This document shows, in pieces, positions 37,401 through 51,700 of a DNA stretch of 64,000 bases. Each line of letters begins with the position of its first letter. Position 1 is the stretch's first letter. Origin of the DNA: Cetorhinus maximus (lineage: Eukaryota); NCBI RefSeq assembly GCF_964194155.1, contig NW_027596508.1, positions 186,001-250,000 on the forward strand, written 5' to 3'. The position numbers were made by a program, and so were the translations under genes. A model generated the notes under the pieces. The model saw nothing but the letters and a program-made list of their open reading frames with translations, ran no database searches and was not told the DNA's origin.

Positions 37401-38419
37401 CCTGCAAGGGATTTGTCCTATCAGTCACCTTCTGGGATTGTAAGTGAATTTGCGACTCGTTCTGAAAATCTTAAAAGTGATGTGTGTGAACACACAAATT
37501 GGGAGCATGAAGAGACCACTCAGTCCCTCAAAACTGCTGGATATTCAAGAAGATAATGGCTGACCTGATTTTAGCCTCAACTCCAAATTCCAGTCTATCC
37601 CTGATAACCTTTCACCCCTTTGCTTATCAAGCATCTATCTACCTCTGCCTTAAAAATATTTAACTACCCCATGTTAGTTTGAATGTGTGTTTGACTCTTT
37701 ATCAGCCAATGCTATTGCATGTGAATGTGGAAATCATTCTGAATCTGAAATCTCTGATATTGCATGAGAGTGCAGCAATCAGTCTGCATCTGTTATTCTC
37801 TGGAGCTGTGTATGAGTTTGGCAGGCATTTGGATCTGTCACTAGGATTTATATATAAAGCTCTCATACTGGGAGTGAATTGATATTCACTCTAGTTCAGT
37901 CAACTGCATTCTATGTCTGGGATGCTATGTCAGTGTGGGAATCAAATGTGTCTTTCAGTTCCTCGTGCTTTTTGTGAGTATGGGATTAATTCTCTATCTG
38001 TCAGTGGGATTAATTCTGTATCTATAATTCTCTAGTACTGTATGAAATTGTGGCATTCATTTATTGCTTTTCAGTCAGTGTGTGTGTGTCTGTGTGTGTG
38101 GTATTCTATTTGCATCTGTCAGCAGCTGTTAGCATATGTGAGTCTTGGACTCTGTCTAACTCTATCAGTGGTACAATTGGCGTGTCATCGGCAGTGCTGG
38201 CGTGGTATTGCTGCTGATCCAGAGTAATATTCCAGGGTTTCGAATCCCACCACGAGAAATGGTGAAACCTGTTCTGGTACCTAAACTCCATTGTGTTGTG
38301 TGGCACTGCCACTGTGCTAAATGGGATAGATTTCAAACAGATCAATAACAATGTGCTTGATTTTAAAATGGCATCAATCCACTCAGTTTCATTAAAGGAA
38401 TAAAACCGAATAGGCCACT

Positions 38420-41117
38420 TAGCATCAACTGGAATCCCTGTCAATCCTTACTAACGTTTTGGCACTAGTCAAGCAACAGCCTCACATAGTCATACTCATG
38501 GGAACATTCCTGACAATCTCCCAGATACCACCACCACTGAAAGGACAGACCACCAGCCGACATAACAGCTGCCCTGGGAGTCCTCAAAATCGATTCCAGT
38601 CTCATGGCATCAGGTCAACCTTGTTCAAGGGAACCCCCTACAGACTAATACGTGCTGACGTCCACTATCCACTCTTCAGCTCATGAAGCAATACTCCTCC
38701 ACCTTGAACACCACTTGGAGGACGCACTGAGGATGGCAAGGGCACAGAATGCAAGCTGGGTGTGTCCATCACCAAAAATATCCTTGTAGCACCACCGCAG
38801 ACCGTGTCTGCAGCAGATGGTGAGGAGAAAATCATTTTTGAACTCATCCTCAACAACCTGCCTGTGGCAGATGTATCTATCCATGGCAGGAGCGGTAGGA
38901 GTGAACACCGAACAGTGCCTATGGTGATGAAGACACATCTTTACATCGAGGATACACTCCATTGTGTTGTGTGGAACTACCACCGTGCTAAATGGCATAT
39001 ATTTCAAACAGATCGAACACCTCTAGTCTTGTCATCCATGAGGTGCTGTGGGTCATCAGCTGCAGAATTGTACTTAGCCACAATCTGTAACCTCATGGCC
39101 TGGCATATTCTCCACTCTACTATTACCATCAAGTCAGGGGATCAACCCTGGTTTAATGAAGAGAGCAGGAGGGCATTCCAGGAAGAGCATCAGGCATAAC
39201 TAAAACTGAGGTGTCAACCTGCTGAAGACACAAAACAAGACTAATTTCGTGCCAAACAACATAAGCAGCAAATGATAGTCCGAGTTGAGCAATTCCATAA
39301 CCAACGGGTCAGATCTAACTGTGCAGTCCTGCCACATCCAGTCATGAATGGAGGTTTCACAAATAGCCCCATCGTCAAAGTTTGAGGAGCCCAGCACATC
39401 AGTGCAAAAGATAAGGCTGAAGCATTCGCAACAACCTTCATGCAGATGTGCTGAGCGGCTGATCCATGTCGGCCTCGTTCGGAGGCCCCCAGCATCACAG
39501 ATGCCAATCTTCAGTCCATTCGATTCACTCCACGTGATACGGAGAAACGGCTGAAGGCACGGAGTACTGCAAAGGTTATGGGCCCTGACAATGTTCCAGC
39601 AATAGCACTGTAGGCATTTGATCCAGAACTTGCTGCGCCCCTGGTCAAGCTGTTCCAGTATGGCTACTACACTAGTATCTATCCAGCGATGTTGATATTT
39701 GCCCAGGCATGTCCTCTATAAAAAAAGCAAGACAGATCCAACCTGGCCAATTACTGCCCCATCAGTCTACTCTCAATCATTAGTAAGGTGATAGAAGGGG
39801 CCTTCAACAGTGCGAACAAGTGGCAATAACCTACACACTGGCGCTCAAATTGGATTCCACCGGGGCCACTCAGCTCCTGACCTCATTGCAGCCTTGGTTC
39901 AAACATGAACAGAAGAGCTGAGCTCCAAAGGGGAGGCGAGAGGGACTGCCCTTGACTTCAAGGCAGCATTTGACAGAGTGTGGCATCAAGGAACCTTAGC
40001 AACACTGGAGTCAATGGGAATCAGGGGGAAAGCTCTCCGCTGGCTGGAGTCATTTCTAGCACAAAGGAAGGTGGTTGTGATCATTGCAGATCAATCATCT
40101 GAGTCCCAGGATGTCACTGCAGGAGTTATCCAGAGGATGTAGCCAAGGCCCAATCAACTTCATTTGCTTTAGCAATGACTTTTTTCCATCCACTGTGGGA
40201 CATGGGCATGTTTGCTGATGATTGCACAATGGTCAGTACCATTCTCAACTCCTCAGGTACTGATGCAGTCCATGTCCAAATACAGCAAGACCTGGACATT
40301 AATTAAACTTGGCCTGACAAGTGGAAATTATCATTCACACCACAGAAGAGCCAGGCAACGACCATCTCCAACAAGAAAGAAACTAATCATCGCTCTTTGA
40401 CATTCAATGGCATTGCCATTGCTGAATTCCCATCAACATCCTGGTGGTTACCATTGACCAGAAGCTGAACTGGACTAGGCATATTGATACAGTGGCTACA
40501 AGCACAGGTTAGGGGCTAGGAAAAATGCGGCAAGTAACAAACTTCCTGGCTCTCCAAAGCCTACCCACCATCTGTAAGGCACATGTCAAGACTGTGATGG
40601 AATACTCTCCATTTGCCTGGATGAGTGCAGCTCCAAACACACTCAAGCAGCTAGACATAACCCAAAACAAAGCAGCCTACTTAATTGGCAACCCATTCAA
40701 AAACATTCACTCCCTCCACCACCGATGCACAGTCGCAGCAGTGTGTACTATCTGCAAGATGCACTTCAGAAACTCACCGTTCCTCCTGAAACAGCACCGT
40801 CCAAACCCACGACCACCAGTTTTTAGAAGGACAAGGGCAGCAGTCACATAGGAACACCACCACCTGGAAATTTCCCTCGAAGCCACTCACCATCCTGACT
40901 TGGAAATATACCACCATTCCTTCACAGTTGCTGGGTCAAAATCCTGAAATTCGTTCCCTTAACAGCGCTGTGGGTGTACCTACACCACATGGACTGCACC
41001 GGTTCAAGAAAGCAGCTCACCACCACCTACTCAAGGGAAACTAGGAATGGCCAATAAATGCTGGCCTAGCTAGCGATGCCCACATCCCATGAATTAATAT
41101 AGGGAGAAAAAAAAAAC
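38420..41117 (+). mobile_element. L2/CR1-group LINE remnant (endonuclease + RT) with A tail
   Basis: GRSEHRTV, QPWFNEE, NYCPISLL, DFKAAFDRVWH and FADD remnants; 3' GCCCACATCCCATGAAT tail shared with local SINEs. Confidence 0.82.
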
Positions 41118-43084
41118 AGCTGCCCCTTTCAGCATCTGGCACTGAACGTGTGTTGAGAATTATTGTCTATCTGTCAGTCTCTGTCATTCAGTATATGTGA
41201 CTGAGTATGGGATTCATTATATAACATTCAGTCTCTGGGATTGTTTACGTTTTGATTCATTCGGTGCAAATTTTCAGCTCAGTTACAGGCCACTGATGTG
41301 GTAGCTATTAAGCAAGCAATGTTTGTAAGTTATGGCCCATGTTAAATGTCTGTCACTGTGAACACATTTGTGAAAGATAATGTATCTTTCAACCTGCTAC
41401 TCGCTTGGGATGCGGGCGTAACTCAGGTTATACTGATCGATTTGATCTGTGACACTCAGTCTGATTCTGAGTAAGAATTTTGATATGGATGTAAAATGGA
41501 GATCAGTCTGGAACTGGCACAGTATTCTCAATCTGACATTGAACATTTAGGATTAGTATGAAAGTTACAGCTCAGTTCATACTCATCGAATTGATATTGT
41601 ATCTTTTTGTTTCATAAAACTGGAATTAAGGTTTGTATCTCAGGTTATACTTGCTTTCAGAATATCTCGCTCTGATAATGTACTTGAGTTTTGGATTTGC
41701 ATCTAATGTATATGTCAGGACAGAGAATGGGAATTGACACTGCAATTTATAAACCCGTGATGTGTGCAAATATTGGACTGGTACTTCACATGAATCTCAG
41801 AGTATATTATTCAGGTTAATTCGGTAAACTTGAAACTGACACCGTTGTCTCCGTTTTATCTGATATTTAAATGTTGATATGGAAACAGCGTCTGTCTCTC
41901 CTGCGCTGTTTGATTGATGGATTGAAAATATCACACTGGAACTGATGACCTGCCTGTGTCTCTATGCCGTGTCAGTTATAAAGTACGTACTGTGTGAGAG
42001 GAGCTGGCGGGAATCTTCATTCTAACTTGGCTGGTGGAAACATCACAATTATTCCGGTGCCTTCATTTATTTGCCTGTATATTTTAGAATATAGAGTATA
42101 TTTTTGAACTCAAGTGCAACTGAGGTTGAAGACACCGATTCCTTTAGATTAATCTGTCTATTAATAATCATTATGAACGGGTTGAGAGGCTGTAGCTCTA
42201 ATTGGATACCCTGTTCTCAATCAAATTCCTAACCAATCGGACAGCCAGGGAGAAGAAATTGGAAGTTTGCATTGGCTTACATTTTCAAATTCGAAATGCC
42301 CGCCGATTTCAGTACAGGAAAAATACAAAATAACTGAACGCCAGTTTGAATGTGTTAGTCTCTTATCTGTAACCGGCGGTAATAAGACCCCGTTCAGCAA
42401 TTTAAATCAGCTCAAATCAGTGGAAAAGCAAAAACGTATAGATTACCAAACAACTCCTTCACACAGACTTCACGGGGATTGAGAAATGCGGCTGATTTCT
42501 GATCCTCTCCATTAAAAGCGGCCGGGAATGTTACAACAGGGAGTGCGGAAAGAATCCCCGACACCAAACCGCCTGGGACAGGCAGCTTTGTGTCCGGAGA
42601 ATAGGGAGACCGGGGGGAGGGGGGAAGGGGACGGGTGCAGATCTGAAACCGCAGAAATGGACTCAGGTTCTGTGAGTGCTCAACTCTCACTGATTCCGGC
42701 CTCTGGGAAAACTGCGGAATAAACAGATCAGCCCGAACATGTCCGCTCCGTTTCCGAGTTTACTCTGTTCCTGGAGCGGCGCTCAGATCACCCGAGAGTA
42801 AAAACAAAGCATTTAATGCACCAGTCGTGACATTTTTCATAGTTTTCATGAATGTACCGGGACAAACTCGATATTTATGACTATTAAATATTTATGAAAA
42901 TGTCGACTTTGACTCTGTCTTTCAATTCTTCAGTTCATTAAAGCGGAAGATGTGGGAGCAGAGAAACAGCGCAATGCAGAGAGGGGACTAAAAACACAAG
43001 TAAACAAATCAGAAACAGATAAATCCACCGTTACAATAACTCCATCTCCTGACAGTGAGCAGCCCTTTCAATGATCCTGTGAGT

Positions 43085-43100
43085 GGCTCTGAAAAGAGCC
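43085..43100 (-). terminator. Histone 3' stem-loop of H2A
   Basis: Reverse complement GGCTCTTTTCAGAGCC. Confidence 0.96.
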
Positions 43101-43130
43101 TTTGGGTTATTAGATTAAAGAATGGCCGCT

Positions 43131-43532
<402 letters not shown>

Positions 43533-44411
43533 TCACAAACACTTTCACAGTGAATGAGGAAATCCCCTCAGATTCTCTTCTCTTATAGCTTCGGGAGGAA
43601 TGGTGCTGCGGGCATTGCTGATTGGTCACTTTGTGCTGCGTCTCATAATGTTATTCATATCACCAATCAGATATCTACTGAACTCACCAATCCGGAGACT
43701 CCACGGAGTGAGGGCGGAAAATAACGGCGCCAAATTTTGATATTTCAACCGATCTTTTTTCAAATTTTAAAAGCCCGCTAAATTTTTAAAAATAAATGAA
43801 AAAGAACGGACTTCTTAGAACATAGTACGAATTGGAAGTTTTAAAAATACGCGTCCCTGATGGGACTATTTCACATTTTATCCCATGTTCCAAATCGCTT
43901 TTACAATCCGTGATCCGGGGGTCAATCTCGATCCTTTGTGAAACCCTGTCAGCAGCCGCAGAAAGTCCCATTTACATCGTTCTGCAAACGGACGGTATAT
44001 TGTAGATATTTATGACAGACAAAACTGACCATTTTTGCCAGCGTTGAGACTGAAGGTTGCTGCACAACCGGGGCTGATAGGAAATGAACTGATCAATGAT
44101 TGAGACCAAACTCGACTAGAACTGGAAACTGACGCATTTGCTTCTATTCTCTCTCTCTCCAAAACCAGGGAAAGGGGCCAAATATTAACGCGTCTTAAAA
44201 GAAAGCGCCGAGGGTGATCGGCAAGTCATTAATTGATGAGGCATTATTAACCTGACTCAATAATTGAACGAGGGTTAAATCTACATCACCGAGAATCGCT
44301 GTGATTGAAACAAAAAGAAAATAACAATTTGATAATTCAAAATTCTTCACAGTAAAAATCATAACTTTAGAAGTGGAGCAATCGTATAGCTTTTTCAGAG
44401 AGATTGTGGGT

Positions 44412-44427
44412 GGCTCTTAAAAGAGCC
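44412..44427 (-). terminator. Histone 3' stem-loop of H2B
   Basis: Reverse complement GGCTCTTTTAAGAGCC. Confidence 0.96.
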
Positions 44428-44464
44428 GTTGTGTTTCTGGTGTTTTTCAGTGCATTGTGGGGTT

Positions 44465-44842
44465 TTACTTGGAGCTGGTGTACTTGGTCACCGCCTTTGT
44501 CCCTTCCGACACGGCGTGCTTGGCCAGTTCCCCGGGCAGCAGCAGGCGCACGGCGGTCTGGATCTCCCGGGAGCTGATGGTGCTGCGCTTGTTGTAATGG
44601 GCCAGGCGGGAAGCCTCACCCGCGATGCGCTCGAAAATATCGCTCACGAACGAGTTCATGATGCTCATGGCCTTGGAGGAGATGCCGGTGTCGGGGTGAA
44701 CCTGCTTCATCACTTTGTAGATGTAGATGGAGTAACTCTCCTTCCTCGACTTTCGCCGCTTCTTGCCGCCCTTTCCTGCCGGTTTACTCACCGCTTTCTT
44801 GGCGCCCTTCTTAGCAACTGGTTTCTTCTTCTCTTCAGCCAT
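44465..44842 (-). CDS. H2B: Histone H2B (125 aa, starts MAEEKKKPV)
   Basis: H2B fold to KYTSSK; true ATG at 44842 lies downstream of TATA and the octamer-like ATTAGCAT (44920-44927). Confidence 0.98.
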   Translation of the reverse strand: MAEEKKKPVAKKGAKKAVSKPAGKGGKKRRKSRKESYSIYIYKVMKQVHPDTGISSKAMSIMNSFVSDIFERIAGEASRLAHYNKRSTISSREIQTAVRLLLPGELAKHAVSEGTKAVTKYTSSK

Positions 44843-47599
44843 CTTCAATCTCAATTTCAGACACAGAAATAAACCAAATCCCTTCCGTCCGCTCATTATA
44901 TAGACAGTATGACAGATATATGCTAATGAGGAATGGGGGAGACAATGATTCTGATTGGACATTTTTAAAACTAAACACGTCATCTATTTTTGTGATTTTC
45001 CGTATGGATTGTACAATAGACCAATTATATTTAGCTTTCTCCACCAATCATAAGCATCCTTACTACAATCAGGAAATACATTTTACAAAGCCCCTCTCCA
45101 GCCGGAGTTTCTCAGTGTGCAAAGATACACCGGGAAATGGCGCCTGGCTGTCGCTGCGAGGGACTGTATAGGAATGTGGGATTCCTTCAGGAAATGTGAG
45201 ACTCTGGTAATGTGCGTGATTTACTCACTGTCTGATGCTGTGTGTGAGTGTGGGGTTCCTTCACTGTTTGGAAGGCCGTGGTACAGAGTGCGAGGCCTGG
45301 ATTTATTCTGTATCTGTGACTTGATGGGACCATGTCTCAATGTTGGATTCATTTGATATCCTGAGGCTCATTGTGCATCTGTCCGTTATTGGTGCATGTA
45401 AGTGAAATAATTCGCTTCTTGGGACTACACGCCAGTGCGAAATTAAATCAGTATGTGTTTCTCTCCGCCACGAAAATTATTGGATTTATTCTGTACCTGT
45501 CAGTCTCTGTAACTGTATGTTAATGATTTTTTTTATTTGTCAGTCTCTGGCATTGTAGGTCAGAGTTGTATTGATTCGATGTCTTTCAGTCTGTGGTACT
45601 ATCTCTGAGTCTGAACTTCTCATTCACTGTCAATGTCTGATAATGTGTGTGAATGTGAGATAAACTCTGTACCTGTCAACATCCGTTGCTGAATAGGAGT
45701 GTGAAATTCAGTCTGTATCGGTCAGTCTCTGGTACTGATTCAGAGAGTGTGATTCATTCTCAACAGCCCCATCTGTTGCAATTTTTGACAGAAGTAATCC
45801 CACTGTCACTTACAGCACCAAAGAGTGTTAAATGTTGAATTTGCCTCAATGGATAGTATTGGATATGAGTGAGATCAATTCTCTCTCAATCAGTGGCACT
45901 GTATGGGAGCTTGCAATTAATTTTGTTTCTGTTGGACTCTGGTACCCTGTGTAAGCGTTGATGCCTTTTTGTAACTCAGTGCCTGATGTCTTCAGAAATC
46001 AAGGATTCATTTTGTCTCTATCAGTCCTTGGCTCTGAGATTCCTCTGTGTTTCTTAGTCTGTGGCATTGTGTGAATGTCAGATACATCCTGAATCTCTAC
46101 ATCTCTGGGATAATTTGAGAATCACCCCGTATCTATCAGTCAATGTGCTTTGTGTGATGTGGGATTCATTCTGTCTCTGTCACTCTCTGGCACTGTGGTG
46201 AATGTGGGATTTTTTTTTAATGTATATCTTTCAATCTCCAGTACATTGTGACTGTGGAATTCATTCTGTTTCTGATAGTCTCTGGCATGGTGTGCATACT
46301 GGGATTCATTCTGTGTTAGTCTCTTTTTTATTGTGCATGTATTGGTCTTCATACTGTATGTCTCAGTGTCTGGTGTTGTGTAAGATTTGCTGAGTAGTCT
46401 CTGGTGCTGTATTTTTTTTTATTCATGTGATCTGGGCTTTGGTGGCTGGACCGGCATTTATTGCCCATCCCTTGTTGCCCTTGAGAAGGTGGTGGTGAGC
46501 TGCCTTCTTGAACCGTTGCAGTACATGTGTTGTGGGTGCACCCACAGTGCTGTTAGGAAGGGAGTTCCAGGATTCTGACCCAGCAACAGTGAAGGAAGAG
46601 TGATATAATTCCAATTCAGGATGGTGAGTGACTTGACTGTATGTGAAAGAGACAGTTATTGTTTAGTTCTCAGTCTTTGATGCTGCATGTGACTCTGGGA
46701 TTGATTGTGTATCTGTATGTCATATTTATCTCAGAAATAGTGTTCAAAATGCTAAGTTTAACACCTTCAAATATTTAGGAAAGTAGATTTATCATCCCCA
46801 TCCTTACCTGGTCTGGCTTATATTGGATCCTAGGACCAAGAACAGCAATGAAGTTGACTCTGAACTGCCATCTACAATTGCCGAGTAAACCACTCAGTTG
46901 TATTCAAAAAGGCAGCGCACCAACATGTGAGTTTGTGTTTGATGTGAGTTTGTGACCATCTTTCATTGTCAGTGGTAATTTATGTCTGTGTCAGATAAAT
47001 GGAATATTATTCAGACTCAGGAATTTTGAGTGTAGTATTTAGTATGTATCTGTCAGTTTCTGGTACTGGACATGTCGTTGAGAATCATTCTGAATCTGTC
47101 AGTCTCTGCTACTCTGACAGTGTGGGATTCATTGCATAACCTTCAGTTTCTGAGACTGTTTACAAGTCTAGGTTCAGTCCATGTTGAAATTTCAGAACAA
47201 AAACAGGCCATTGATGCTGTAGGTTTTAATAAAGTAATTGAGTTTGACCTAGTATTAAATCCCTTTGTGTGTGAACACACTTATGAAAGCTCAGGTATCT
47301 TTGGATCTAATACTCCATTGCTGTGTAAGTGTAATTCACTTTGTAATAATCAAATTGATACATTTTTATTTAAGCAGACTGTGAGAATTTTAAACTTGCC
47401 TGTTGTGCTCAGTTTGCTCTGTGAGACTGAATACAGTATCTGCCATTCTGATACTCTGAGCTTTTCAGACTGATATGTGTTCTCTATCTCAGTCTGTACT
47501 AATCAAATTGTTATTGTATCCTTGAGGTTAATGGTCTAGGTGAGTTTCAAACTGGAATCTGAGTTTGCAGCTGAGGTTATACTATATTTCAATGGCATT

Positions 47600-48758
47600 T
47601 CAACACTCCACCCTGCTCTCATGCCCACATGTCCATCCTTGGCCTGTTGCATTGTTCCAGTGAAGCTCAACACAAACTGGAGGAACAGCACCTCATCTTC
47701 CAACTAGGCACTTTACAGCCTTCCGGACTGAACATGGAGTTCAACAATTTTAGATCATGAACTCTCTCCTCCATTCCCACCCCCTTTCCGATTCCCCTTT
47801 TTTCCAATAATTTATATAGATTTTTCTTTTCCCAACTATTTCCATTATTTTTAAAAGTATTTCCATCCATTGTTTTATCTCTACCTGTTAGCCTATTTCG
47901 ATCCCTTCACCACCACCCCACCGCACTAGGGCGATCTGTACCTTGCTCGCCCTGCTTTCTACCCTTAATGTCACCTATTAGCACATTTCTTAGACAATAT
48001 CAACGCCTTCAACACCTCTTTGTCCTTTTGTCTATGACATCTTTTGGCTATCTCCTCCTATCACTGACCCTCTAACCAGCTCTACTTGTCCCACCCCCCT
48101 CAACCAGCTTCTCTTTCACCTCTTTTCTATTTTTCCTTAGTTCTGTTGAAGAGTCGTACGGACTCGAAACGTTAAGTGTGTTCCTCTCCAAAGATGCTGT
48201 CAGACCTGCTGAGTTTTTCCAGGTATTTTTATTTTTGTTCTGGATTTCCAGCATCCGCAGTTTTTTGCTTTTATCCAAGGCCTTTCTGTTGTTTGCCGGC
48301 CCTTAAGGCTGTGCAAGGTTCATCTGGTAACCTTTAACTGCCAATGTGCTTGGAGATTTTAAGTAATTCATTCCCTTTCAATAAGTTCTTACTGTACCCC
48401 TAGATTCCCCCTAATAATTATTGTAACCCTTTATTTCCCCCTAACATCCCAGTTAACACATCCTTTAGATAATATCACTACCGCCAACACCCCATTGTCC
48501 TTTTGTCTATGACATCTTTGGCAATCTCTTCTTGGCCTCCACCTATCACTGGCCCCCTATCGAGCTCTACCCTGTCCCACCCCCTCAACCAGCTTATATT
48601 TCATCTCATTTCTCTATTTTTTAGTTCTGATGAAGGGTCATATGGACTCGAAACGTCAACTGTATCCCTCTCCGCAGATGCTGTCAGACCTGCTGAGTTT
48701 TTCCAGGTATTTTTGTTTTTGTTCTAGATTTCCAGCATCCGCAGTATTTTGCTTTTAT
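47600..48758 (+). mobile_element. Two tandem Penelope terminal-repeat units (~47600-48275, ~48450-48758)
   Basis: Both match the pLTR and end TTTTGCTTTTAT. Confidence 0.85.
48623..48661 (+). ncRNA. Minimal type I hammerhead ribozyme motif
   Basis: AGTT-CTGATGA-A-GGGTC-ATATG-GACTC-GAAA-C-GTC-AACT. Confidence 0.7.
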
Positions 48759-51700
48759 CAGAAATGTTCATTGTTGCTTTGTGGAGAGAAAGCAGCAATG
48801 ATTTTCAATAACAGCTTCTTGCCATTCTGTCTCCCTCCTCCCAGGAGGCTGCTGTTTGTTCCCTTCCCCCGGGAGCGGGATCTCTCCATTGGCGGCTGTT
48901 TGAAACCATCTTCTTCCAGTCCCAGGCAGAGCTGGGGGAGAGCAGCGCATCACTGCCTTTAACAAACACTTGGATCTGCACTGAGCTGCTGGGACCTACA
49001 GGACTCACGGAGCAAGAGCTGGAAAGTGACGTGAGGCTGGATCAAACTATTTTGGGGCTGGTGCAGACACGATGGGCCGAATGTCCTCGTTCTGTGCTGG
49101 ATATGTTCAATATTTGTGTTTACGGAACTTGTGCAGCATTCTGCGCATGCGCGCTGCCTTCCCCAGCACTGCCTGTGAGTGGAAGAAGATGGTTTAAAAC
49201 AGCCGCTAATGCAGAGACACATTTTAAACGGCGGCTGTTTGCTTTCACTTGAACGGTTAGTCCATGGGAGCGGCAATTAGAAATCTGACCTACACAATAG
49301 TCCCTGCTCCGTCACTCAGTCCCACTCCTGGAGCAGTGGATTGTTTCTGGATGGCAGGAAATTGTTGTAACAGGAACAAAGTCCCTGGTCTTTAGCAGCT
49401 GAGTGCTGCAGGACTGCAGTGGATTCAGACACTGACTCTGTTCGTCTTACCTTTTTTATTCATTCACGGGATGTGGGCTTCACTGGCTGGGCCAGCATTT
49501 ATTGCCCATCCCGAGTTGCCCTTGGGAAGGTGGTGGTGAGCTGCCTTCTTGAACCACTGACTTTGCGGTTGTTCGGAATGATTATTAATTTAATAATTGT
49601 TTTGGTTTCTTTGTATCTTCGACCTCACCTCTTCTTAAATTATAATAAACATTTTTTCTTTCGATAGGCAAATACTTGAAAGCAGCAGAATAAATGTCGT
49701 GATTCGACAACACAAGGGGAAGTGCAGTCAGCTCCTCACACACAGTAAGTACAGTGTCACTCACAGGGAGCCGAGGTGGCCAAGAGGTTAACTTGGTGGA
49801 GTTCTGATCCATTGTACTCTGCAATCAGAGGCACCAGATCCAATTTTAGTTTATGGTTCACTAGGCTGGTTGGTGAAGATTTAATTTAAATTGGCAGGGG
49901 GTTGGTCATCAACTTACAGCAGAACCAGAAAGTAATAAGGACAGAAAGGAGGGAGAGTGATGGATAATACTGGAGAAGGGAGCAATGCCATATTCGACAG
50001 GGGCAGTTTAAGAAGCCCTATGAGGAATGCAAAGACCAGTTTACAATGCATCTATGTAAACACACAGTGTGATAAATGAGACTGATGAGCTTGAAGGACA
50101 AACGGCAATGTGGGAATATGATGTAGTGGCAATGAACGAAATGGGGTTTAAAAAGAGGAAGGACTGGGTGCTGAGTATTTAGAAATATGGATTCAGAAAA
50201 AGATCGAGAAGCAAAAAGTGGAGGTGATGGTGGCAGCATTGATCAGGGAATCAGTCTTAGCTGCAATTATATTATTACCAGATAAAACTGAAAAATACAA
50301 ACTCAGATTCTAGTTTGAAACTCACCCACATTATTAAACTAAGGGATACTGTATTAAAATGATTAATACAGATTGAGATACAAATCACAGAGCAATCCGA
50401 AAAACCCAGTGTCAGACTGATAGATGTTGTATTAATTCTATCACTGCAAACTGAGCTCAACAGCCAAGTTTAAAATTCTCACTCAGAAACAGATTGAATG
50501 ACACAGCGTTAATTTGATTAGTAGAAACTGAGTTACACTGGCATAACAATGGAGTTTCACATTAAAAAAATTACACAAAACGGGATTTCATATAAGGCCA
50601 AACTTGCAATTATTCCATTAAACCAAGAATATCAATTGCTTATTCCTGTACTGAAATTTCAACATGAAATGAATCTAGACTGGTAAACAATCCAAAAGAT
50701 TGCAGGTGATGTAATGAATCCCACACTGTCACAGGGTAGCAGAGACTGACAGATTCAGAATCATTATTGAGCAGATGTCCATTACCAGACACTGACAGAT
50801 GCAGACTGTTACTACACTCACCCACAATACCTGAGCCCACATGACACTAATCAATCTGACACACACATACGGTATCAGTGAAAGTCAGAAATTATCACAA
50901 ATACACATGGAATGACACAGACACAGAGACGATTAAAGAACGCTACTTACAGTCTGATTTTCAGATTTGCACACAAGACGACTGAACTGTCTTAACATAA
51001 TCTAGATAATCCCATGTTCAGACCCAGTAGCACTCCTGACAGAAACATAAATTCCACATTCATATGCAGCACCAGAGTTTGACAGAAGAATAATCAAGCG
51101 CACCTAAACTTGCACGCACATGCACATTCGCACAGTATTACTGTCATAGCACACAATGAGGTTCAGCCCTTTGAGTCTACATCAGGCCTTCAAATGAGTA
51201 AAACATCTAGTGTCATTTCCAACAACCCGGCACATTCTTCCTTTTCAGATAATAATCCAATTCTCTCCTGACTACCTTGATTGCATCTGCCTCTAGCAGT
51301 GTCAGGACCCATATGTGAGATTTTAACCACTCGCTGCATGAAAACGTTTCTCCAAAAAGTATCCATTGCTTTTGTCAATTACCTTAAATCTGTGCTCTCT
51401 GGTCTTTGTCCCATCCAGTAGTTGGAACAGTTTTTCTCAATCTGGTGTGTCCAGACTCATCATAATTTTGAATACCTCTATCCTGTCCTCTCAATCTTCA
51501 CTCCTCTGAGGAAAATGGCCACTACTTCATCAACTAAGTAACTGAAGTTCCTTATTCTTCACAATGTGGCTCACTTACACATGCTAGAGGCTACATATAT
51601 TCACGTGCAGGGCCCTGTTATCTGCAGGCAAAAGGAACACGTCCATTGTGCCTACCTTGAATTAAACAACAACATTCAGGACAATAGTTTCCCAGTGAAT

